Under the pieces are notes generated by a model that was not told the DNA's origin, did not search any database, and saw nothing but the letters and a program-made list of their open reading frames with translations. Below, piece by piece: positions 55,201 through 64,000 of a DNA stretch of 64,000 bases. The stretch spans positions 331,762,001-331,826,000 of the forward strand of contig OZ024742.1 of the NCBI GenBank assembly GCA_964016885.1, written 5' to 3'. Origin of the DNA: Eledone cirrhosa (lineage: Eukaryota). Both the position numbers and the translations under genes were made by a program. Numbering within the stretch: the first letter of the stretch is position 1; every line of letters starts with the position of its first letter.

Positions 55201-58200
55201 TGAGTGGCAGTTGGGGTGAACACTGAACACTGAACACTGAATATTGAATATTGAAGATTATTTTTGGCAGAAGAGAGGATTTAGTGGCAGTTGGGGTGAA
55301 CACTGAACACTGAATATTGAAGGTTATTTTTGGCAGAAGATAGGATTTAGTGGCAGTTGGGGTGAACACTTAACACTGAATATTGAAGGTTATTTTTGGC
55401 AGAAGAGAGGATTTAGTGGCAGTTGGGGAGAACACTGTACACTGAATATTGAAGGTTAATTTTGGCAGAAGAGAGGATTTAGTGGCAGTTTGGGTGAACA
55501 CTGAACACTGAACACTGAATATTGAAGGTTCTTTTTGCAGAAGAGAGGGTTTAGAGGCAGTTGGGGTGAACACTGAACACTGAATATTGAAGGTTATTTT
55601 TGGCAGAAGAGAGGATTTAGTGGCAGTTGGGGTGAACACTGAACACTGAATATTGAAGGTTATTTTTGCAGAAGAGAGGATTTAGTGGCAGTTGGGGTGA
55701 ACACTGAACACTGATCACTGAATATTGAAGGTTATTTTTGGCAGAAGAGAGGATTTAGTGGCAGTTGGGGTGAACACTGAACACTGAATATTGAAGGTTA
55801 TTTTTGGCAGAAGAGAGGATTTAGTGGCAGTTGGGGTGAACACTGAACACTGAATATTGAATATTGAAGGTTATTTTTGGCAGAAGAGAGGATTTAGTGG
55901 CAGTTGGGGTGAACACTGGACACTGAATATTGAAGGTTATTTTTGGCAGAAGAGAGGATTTAGTGGCAGTTTGGGTGAACACTGAACACTTAATATAGAA
56001 TATTGAAGGTTATTTTTGGCCGAAGAGAGGATTTAGTGGCAGTTTGGGTGAACACTGAACACTGAACACTGAATATTGAAGGTTATTTTTGGCAGAAGAG
56101 GGGATTTAGTGGCAGTTGGGGGTGAATACTGAACACTGAATATTGAATATTGAAGGTTATTTTTGGCAGAAGAGAGGATTTAGTGGCAGTTGGGGTGAAC
56201 ACTGAACACTGAACACTGAATATTGAAGGTTATTTTTGGCAGAAGAGAGGATTTAGTGGCAGTTGGGGTGAACACTCAACACTGAATATTGAAGGTTATT
56301 TTTGGCAGAAGAGAGGATTTAGTGGCAGTTTGGGTGAACACTGAACACTAAATATTGAATATTGAAGGTTATTTTTGGCAGAAGTGAGGATTTAGTCGCA
56401 GTTGGGGTGAACACTGAACACTGATCACTGAATATTGAAGGTTATTTTTGGCAGAAGAGAGGATTTAGTGGCAGTTGGGGTGAACACTGAACACTGAATA
56501 TTGAAGGTTAATTTTGGCAGAAGAGAGGATTTAGTGGCAGTTGGGGTGAACACTGAACACTGAATATTGAAGGTTATTTTTGGCAGAAGAGAGGATTTAG
56601 TGGCAGTTGGGGTGAACACTGAACACTGAATATTAAATATTGAAGGTTATTTTTGGCAGAAGAGAGGATTTAGTGGCAGTTGGGGTGAACACTGAACACT
56701 GAATATTGAAGGTTATTTTTGGCAGAAGAGAGGATTTAGTGGCAGTTGGGGTGAACACTGAACACTGAATATTGAATATTGAAGGTTATTTTTGGCAGAA
56801 GAGAGGATTTAGTGGCAGTTGGGGTGAACACTGAACACTGAATATTGAAGGTTATTTTTGGCAGAAGAGAGGATTTAGTGGCAGTTGGGGTGAACACTGA
56901 ACACTGAATATTGAATATTGAAGGTTATTTTTGGCAGAAGAGAGGATTTAGTGGCAGTTGGGGTGAACACTGAACACTGAACACTGAATATTGAAGGTTA
57001 TTTTTGGCAGAAGAGAGGATTTAGTGGCAGTTGGGGTGAACACTGAACACTGCACACTGAATATTAAAGGTTATTTTTGGCAGAAGAGAGGATTTAGTGG
57101 CAGTTGGGGTGAACACTGAACACTGAATATTGAAGGTTATTTTTGGCAGAAGAGAGGATTTAGTGGCAGTTGGGGTGAACACTGAACACTGAACACTGAA
57201 TATTGAAGGTTATTTTTGGCAGAAGAGAGGATTTAGTGGCAGTTTGGGTGAACACTGAACACTGAATATTGAATATTGAAGGTTATTTTTGCAGAAGAGA
57301 GGATTTAGTGGCAGTTGGGATTAACACTGAACACTGAACACTGAATATTGAAGGTTATTTTTGCAGAAGAGAGGATTTAGTGGCAGATGGGGTGAACACT
57401 GAACACTGAATATTGAAGGTTATTTTTGCAGAAGAGAGGATTTAGTGGCAGTTGGGGTGAACACTGAACACTGAATATTGAATATTGAAGGTTATTTTTG
57501 GCTGAAGAGAGGATTTAGTGGCAGTTGGGGTTAACACTGAACACTGAATATTGAAGGTTATTTTTGGCAGAAGAGAGGATTTAGTGGCAGTTTGGGTGAA
57601 CACTGAACACTGAATATTGAATATTGAAGGTTATTTTTGGCAGAAGAGAGGATTTAGTGGCAGTTGGGGTGAACACTGAACACTGAATATTGAAGGTTAT
57701 TTTTGGCAGAAGATAGGATTTAGTGGCAGTTGGGGTGAACACTTAACACTGAATATTGAAGGTTATTTTTGGCAGAAGAGAGGATTTAGTGGCAGTTGGG
57801 GAGAACACTGTACACTGAATATTGAAGGTTAATTTTGGCAGAAGAGAGGATTTAGTGGCAGTTTGGGTGAACACTGAACACTGAACACTTAATATTGAAG
57901 GTTATTTTTGGCAGAAGAGAGGATTTAGTGGCAGTTGGGGTGAACGCTGAACACTGAATATTGAAGGTTGTTTTTGGCAGAAGAGAGGATTTAGTGGCAG
58001 TTGGGGTGAACACTGAACACTGATCACTGAATATTGAAGGTTATTTTTGGCAGAAGAGAGGATTTAGTGGCAGTTGGGGTGAACACTGAACACTGAATAT
58101 TGAAGGTTATTTTTGGCAGAAGAGAGGATTTAGTGGCAGTTGGGGTGAACACTGAACACTGAATATTGAATATTGAAGGTTATTTTTGGCAGAAGAGAGG

Positions 58201-59770
58201 ATTTAGTGGCAGTTGGGGTGAACACTGAACACTGAATATTGAAGGTTATTTTTGGCAGAAGAGAGGATTTAGTGGCAGTTGGGGTGAACACTGAACACTG
58301 AACACTGAATATTGAAGGTTATTTTTGGCAGAAGAGAGGATTTAGTGGCAGTTGGGGTGAACACTGAACACTGAACACTGAATATTAAAGGTTATTTTTG
58401 GCAGAAGAGAGGATTTAGTGGCAGTTGGGGTGAACACTGAACACTGAACACTGAATATTGAAGGTTATTTTTGGCAGAAGAGAGGATTTAGTGGCAGTTG
58501 GGGTGAACACTGAACACTGAATATTGAATATTGAAGGTTATTTTTGGCAGAAGAGAGGATTTAGTGGCAGTTGGGGTGAACACTGAACACTGAATATTGA
58601 ATATTGAAGGTTATTTTTGCAGAAGAGAGGATTTAGTGGCAGTTGGGATTAACACTGAACACTGAACACTGAATATTGAAGGTTATTTTTGCAGAAGAGA
58701 GGATTTAGTGGCAGATGGAGTGAACAATGAACACTGAATATTGAAGGTTATTTTTGCAGAAGAGAGGATTTAGTGGCAGTTGGGGTGAACACTGAACACT
58801 GAATATTGAATATTGAAGTTTATTTTTGGCAGAAGAGAGGATTCAGTGGCAGTTGGGGTGAACAATGAACACTGAACACTGAATATTGAAGGTTATTTTT
58901 GGTTGAATAGAGGAATTAGTGACAGTTGGGGTGAACACTGAACACTGAATATTGAAGGTTATTTTTGGCAGAAGAGAGGATTGAGTGGCAGTTGGGGTGA
59001 ACACTGAACACTGAACACTGAATATTGAATATTGAAGATTATTTTTGGCAGAAGAGAGGATTTAGTGGCAGTTGGGGTGAACACTGAACACTGAATATTG
59101 AAGGTTATTTTTGGCAGAAGATAGGATTTAGTGGCAGTTGGGGTGAACACTTAACACTGAATATTGAAGGTTATTTTTGGCAGAAGAGAGGATTTAGTGG
59201 CAGTTGGGGAGAACACTGTACACTGAATATTGAAGGTTAATTTTGGCAGAAGAGAGGATTTAGTGGCAGTTTGGGTGAACACTGAACACTGAACACTGAA
59301 TATTGAAGGTTCTTTTTGCAGAAGAGAGGGTTTAGAGGCAGTTGGGGTGAACACTGAACACTGAATATTGAAGGTTATTTTTGGCAGAAGAGAGGATTTA
59401 GTGGCAGTTGGGGTGAACACTGAACACTGAATATTGAAGGTTATTTTTGCAGAAGAGAGGATTTAGTGGCAGTTGGGGTGAACACTGAACACTGATCACT
59501 GAATATTGAAGGTTATTTTTGGCAGAAGAGAGGATTTAGTGGCAGTTGGGGTGAACACTGAACACTGAATATTGAAGGTTATTTTTGGCAGAAGAGAGGA
59601 TTTAGTGGCAGTTGGGGTGAACACTGAACACTGAATATTGAATATTGAAGGTTATTTTTGGCAGAAGAGAGGATTTAGTGGCAGTTGGGGTGAACACTGG
59701 ACACTGAATATTGAAGGTTATTTTTGGCAGAAGAGAGGATTTAGTGGCAGTTTGGGTGAACACTGAACAC
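52260..59770 (+). repeat. Tandem block duplication, period about 3.7-3.8 kb (offsets 3722, 3795, 3715, 3781)
   Basis: Private variants are CACTCAAC (C at 52482/56277), GAACGCTG (G at 54231/57946) and TTTAGAGGCAG (A at 55555/59336). The offset changes equal whole monomers and heptamers (+73, -80, +66). Confidence 0.85.
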
Positions 59771-62700
59771 AGAATATTGAATATTGAAGGTTATTTTTGC
59801 AGAAGAGAGGATTTAGTGGCAGTTGGGATGAACACTTTACACTGAACACTGAATATTGAAGTTTATTTTTGGCAGAAGAGAGGATTCAGTGGCAGTTGGG
59901 GTGAACACTGCACACTGAACAGTGAATATTGAAGGTTATTTTTGGCAGAAGAGAGGATTTAGTGGCAGTTGGGGTGAACACTGAACACGGAACACTGAAT
60001 ATTGAAGGTTCTTTTTGGCAGAAGAGAGGATTTAGTGGCAGTTGGGGTGAACACTGAACACTGAATATTGAAGGTTATTTTTGGCAGAAGAGAGGATTGA
60101 GTGGCAGTTGGGGTGAACACTGAACACTGAACACTGAATATTGAAGTTTATTTTTGGCAGAAGAGAGGATTTAGTGGCAGTTGGGGTGAACACTGAACAC
60201 TGAACTCTGAATATTGAAGGTTATTTTTGGCAGAAGAGAGGATTTAGTGGCAGTTGGGGTGAACACTGAACACTGAACACTGAATATTGAAGGTTATTTT
60301 TGGCAGAAGAGAGGATTTAGTGGCAGTTGGGGCCAACACTGAACACTGAACACTGAATATTGAAGGTTATTTTTGGCAGAAGAGAGGATTTAGTGGCAGT
60401 TGGAGTGAACACTGAACACTTAATATAGAATATTGAAGGTTATTTTTGGCCGAAGAGAGGATTTAGTGGCAGTTGGGGTGAACACTGAACACTGAACACT
60501 GAATATTGAAGGTTATTTTGGGCAGAAGAGAGGATTTAGTGGCAGTTGGGGTGAACACTGAATATTGAAGGTTATTTTTGGCAGAAGAGAGGATTTATTG
60601 GCAGTTGGGGTGAACACTGAACACTGAACACTGAATATTGAAGGTTATTTTTGGCAGAAGAGAGGATTTAGTGGCAGTTGGGGTGAACACTGGACACTGA
60701 ATATTGAAGGTTATTTTTGTCAGAAGAGAGGATTTAGTGGCAGTTGGGGTGAACACTGAACACTGAATATTGAATATTGAAGGTTATTTTTGCAGAAGAG
60801 AGGATTTAGTGGCAGTTGGGATTAACACTGAACACTGAACACTGAATATTGAAGGTTATTTTTGCAGAAGAGAGGATTTAGTGGCAGATGGAGTGAACAC
60901 TGAACACTGAATATTGAAGGTTATTTTTGCAGAAGAGAGGATTTAGTGGCAGTTGGGGTGAACACTGAACACTGAATATTGAATATTGAAGTTTATTTTT
61001 GGCAGAAGAGAGGATTCAGTGGCAGCTGGGGTGAACACTGCACACTGAACACTGAATATTGAAGGTTATTTTTGGCAGAAAAGAGGATTTAGTGGCAGTT
61101 GGGGTGAACAATGAACACTGAACACTGGATATTGAAGGTTATTTTTGGTTGAATAGAGGAATTAGTGACAGTTGGGGTGAACACTGAACACTGAATATTG
61201 AAGGTTATTTTTGGCAGAAGAGAGAATTGAGTGGCAGTTGGGGTGAACACTGAACACTGAACACTGAATATTGAAGTTTATTTTTGGCAGAAGAGAGGAT
61301 TTAGTGGCAGTTGGGGTGAACACTGAACACTGAACACTGAATATTGAAGGTTATTTTTGGCAGAAGAGAGGATTTAGTGGCAGTTGGGGTGAACACTGAA
61401 CACTGAACACTGAATATTGAAGGTTATTTTTGGCAGAAGAGAGGATTTAGTGGCAGTTGGGGCCAACACTGAACACTGAACACTGAATATTGAAGGTTAT
61501 TTTTGGCAGAAGAGAGGATTTAGTGGCAGTTGGAGTGAACACTGAACACTTAATATAGAATATTGAAGGTTATTTTTGGCCGAAGAGAGGATTTAGTGGC
61601 AGTTGGGGTGAACACTGAATATTGAAGGTTATTTTTGGCAGAAGAGGGGATTTAGTGGCAGTTGGGGGTGAATACTGAACACTGAATATTGAATGTTGAA
61701 GGTTATTTTTGGCAGAAGAGAGGATTTAGTGGCAGTTGGGGTGAACACTGAACACTGAACACTGAATATTGAAGGTTATTTTTGGCAGAAGAGAGGATTT
61801 AGTGGCAGTTGGGGTGAACACTGGACACTGAATATTGAAGGTTATTTTTGGCAGAAGAGAGGATTTAGTGGCAGTTTGGGTGAACACTGAACACTGAATA
61901 TTGAATATTGAAGGTTATTTTTGGCAGAAGTGAGGATTTAGTCGCAGTTGGGGTGAACACTGAACACTGATCACTGAATATTGAAGGTTATTTTTGGCAG
62001 AAGAGAGGATTTAGTGGCAGTTGGGGTGAATACTGAACACTGAACACTGAATATTGAAGGTTATTTTTGGCAGAAGAGAGGATTTAGTGGCAGTTGGGGT
62101 GAACACTGAACACTGAATATTGAATATTGAAGGTTATTTTTGGCAGAAGAGAGGATTTAGTGGCAGTTGGGGTGAACACTGAACACTGAACACTGAATAT
62201 TGAAGGTTATTTTTGGCAGAAGAGAGGATTTAGTGGCAGTTGGGGTGAACACTGAACACTGAATATTGAATATTGAAGGTTATTTTTGGCAGAAGAGAGG
62301 ATTTAGTGGCAGTTGGGGTGAACACTGAACACTGAACACTGAATATTGAAGGTTATTTTTGGCAGAAGAGAGGATTTAGTGGCAGTTGGGGTGAACACTG
62401 AACACTGAATATTGAATATTGAAGGTTATTTTTGGCAGAAGAGAGGATTTAGTGGCAGTTGGGGTGAACACTGAACACTGAACACTGAATATTGAAGGTT
62501 ATTTTTGGCAGAAGAGAGGATTTAGTGGCAGTTGGGGTGAACACTGAACACTGAACACTGAATATTGAAGGTTATTTTTGGCAGAAGAGAGGATTTAGTG
62601 GCAGTTGGGGTGAACACTGAACACTGAACACTGTATATTGAAGGTTATTTTTGGCAGAAGAGAGGATTTAGTGGCAGTTGGGGTGAACACTGAACACTGA

Positions 62701-63039
62701 ATATTGAAGGTTATTTTTGGCAGAAGAGAGGATTTAGTGGCAGTTGGGGTGAACACTGAACACTGAACACTGAATATTGAAGGTTATTTTTGGCAGAAGA
62801 GAGGATTTAGTGGCAGTTGGGGTGAACACTGAACACTGAATATTGAAGGTTATTTTTGGCAGAAGAGAGGATTTAGTGCCAGTTGGGGTGAACACTGAAC
62901 ACTGAATATTGAAGGTTATTTTTGGCAGAAGAGAGGATGGTATGTTTTACGATTTTCAGTAACGATCTGTAAAACACATTGCTTCTCGGTTTCATATTTT
63001 GTGAGAGTGTTATTGTAATCATGAATGAGTTTGACAACG

Positions 63040-63350
63040 CTTCCTGCACATTCCTCCGCTACCTCCACTTCCTCCCTTCTCCCCTTCCTCCTCTTCTTCC
63101 CTGCATCACTCCACTTTTTCTCCTTTCCCCTCCTTGCTCTACTTGCTCTCATTTACTCATTTCTCACCTTGCTCTGCTTTTATCCTTGCTCTCCTTACTC
63201 ACCCTTTCTCCCCTTGCTCTCCTTTTCTCATTACTCTCCTTGCTCTCCTTTTATCACTGCTCTCCTTGGTCTCTTTTTCTCATTGTTCTCTTTAATCTTC
63301 TTTTCTCTTTACTCTCCTTTTCTCCTTGCTCTCCCATTCTCCTTGCATCT
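63040..63350 (+). repeat. Polypyrimidine low-complexity tract with a degenerate 9-bp CCTTGCTCT motif
   Basis: The tract is strongly C/T-biased. Exact CCTTGCTCT copies start at 63132, 63167, 63184, 63212, 63238 and 63324. Confidence 0.9.
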
Positions 63351-63425
63351 ATGTACTTGTTTATATACAGATACGATGAAAAAAGGGGAGCAAGGAGAAA
63401 TATGAAAGCAAGGATAGTAGGGAGA

Positions 63426-63426
<1 letters not shown>

Positions 63427-63497
<71 letters not shown>

Positions 63498-63530
63498 TAC
63501 ATATATATGTATATATGTATATATATATAT
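63427..63530. repeat. (TA)n microsatellite, pure from 63427 to 63495 (~34 units) and interrupted to 63530
   Basis: Directly visible in the sequence. Confidence 0.98.
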
Positions 63531-63587
63531 TACTCAATACCGAATACTCATTTCTTTCAGCTGTCAACCGCTTAGGGATATATTATA

Positions 63588-63985
63588 TTAGGATGGCCCT
63601 TAGCTATAGTTAATTTTCCGAATGTTAAAATGTTGATGCTCCCACAGCGAAAAATAGGTACTTGCACTATACATGCACTCTGTTCCCGGCTTTGTAAGTT
63701 GCCTTGCCCATTACATTTATTGTTACTTAACCTTCTAATACCAAGAATATGTCTGAAGAAGTTTCTAATTTAAGAGAAGATTATGTAAAAGATAAATATT
63801 TTTTAACTGAAAAAATTACATTCCTGGTGAAAACTTTAAAATTTCACGCTCGATGAGGGTCGCCTTGCAGTAGTCTGTTTGAGCTAAAAGGGCGAATAGA
63901 TTGGTTGTTTGTTAATTGAAACAAGATAGAGCGGTGAGAGCTAAACTTGTTGAAACATTAAGTTGAAAATTAAGGGCCACCCTAA
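63588..63985. mobile_element. 398-bp non-autonomous DNA transposon (MITE-like), probably Tc1/mariner superfamily
   Basis: The left end TTAGGATGGCCCTTA (63588-63602) and right end TAAGGGCCACCCTAA (63971-63985) are inverted repeats matching at 14/15. Both are flanked by TA (TATA). The interior is AT-rich and has no ORF in the supplied track. A TA target duplication is characteristic of Tc1/mariner; the family assignment is inference. Confidence 0.72.
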
Positions 63986-64000
63986 TATATATATATATAT
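63986..64000. repeat. (TA)n microsatellite abutting the right TIR, truncated by the window end
   Basis: TATATATATATATAT runs to the end of the window. Confidence 0.9.

Larger units (their letters stand above)
1..62938 (+). repeat. Tandem satellite DNA array, 66-bp basic monomer with 73-bp (and rarer 59/65/72/80-bp) variants, about 900 copies, truncated by the left window edge
   Basis: The consensus GCAGAAGAGAGGATTTAGTGGCAGTTGGGGTGAACACTGAACACTGAATATTGAAGGTTATTTTTG recurs head-to-tail in one orientation throughout, and I saw no inversions or foreign insertions. The last partial monomer ends ...GAAGAGAGGAT at 62938. The copy number is the array length divided by a mean monomer of about 69-70 bp. 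Confidence 0.99.

Noticed and set aside
568-59420. Dozens of minus-strand ORFs repeating FTPTATKSSLLPKITFNIQCSV (mucin-like, T/S/P-rich)
   Set aside because: One frame of the 66-bp monomer happens to lack stops. The frequent 7-bp and 1-bp indels break the frame every few units, the longest ORF is 143 aa, starts are GTG rather than ATG, and there is no sign of frame conservation.
1-62938. CRISPR-like periodicity (66-73 bp unit)
   Set aside because: There are no unique spacers, the entire unit is repeated, no cas genes are present, and the flank looks eukaryotic.
1-62938. Each monomer as a 25-nt exon plus a 41-48-nt GT..AG mini-intron
   Set aside because: The exon length is not a multiple of 3 and concatenation hits a TAG stop. 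The putative GT donor is weak (GTGAAC) and is destroyed in common variants (GGGAT, GGGAGA, GGGCC).
1-62938. G-quadruplex or telomere-repeat interpretation (TTGGGG once per monomer; TTAGGG at ~31562, ~36236, ~42260 and 63572)
   Set aside because: There is only one G4-length run per 66-73 bp, with loops over 60 nt. Telomere-like hexamers are isolated, never tandem.
62916-63575. ORFs of 68-198 aa in the flank (L/S/P/F-rich and YI repeats)
   Set aside because: These are translations of the polypyrimidine tract and the (TA)n microsatellite, which lack stop codons by composition.

Overview
This window is eukaryotic-looking non-coding DNA with no credible protein-coding gene, RNA gene or CRISPR array. 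Positions 1-62938 form one uninterrupted head-to-tail satellite array of roughly 900 monomers, open at the left edge of the window. The 66-bp consensus is GCAGAAGAGAGGATTTAGTGGCAGTTGGGGTGAACACTGAACACTGAATATTGAAGGTTATTTTTG. An internal heptamer run (TGAACAC/TGAATAT) varies in copy number, giving 59/66/73/80-bp monomers, plus 1-bp indel forms. Diagnostic variants reveal a mosaic of 0.76-6.0 kb block duplications rather than one fixed higher-order repeat, and variant states are zoned along the array. Each monomer holds a hidden quasi-palindrome, which one recurrent variant monomer nearly perfects through two linked substitutions. The array stops abruptly at 62938. The remaining ~1 kb contains a small hairpin at the junction, a polypyrimidine tract with a partly inverted purine copy, a (TA)n microsatellite and a 398-bp TA-flanked MITE-like element with 15-bp terminal inverted repeats. 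All ORFs in the supplied track are explained by repeats or low-complexity sequence. I do not recognise the satellite family or the organism. Block boundaries and counts were read by eye and are approximate.
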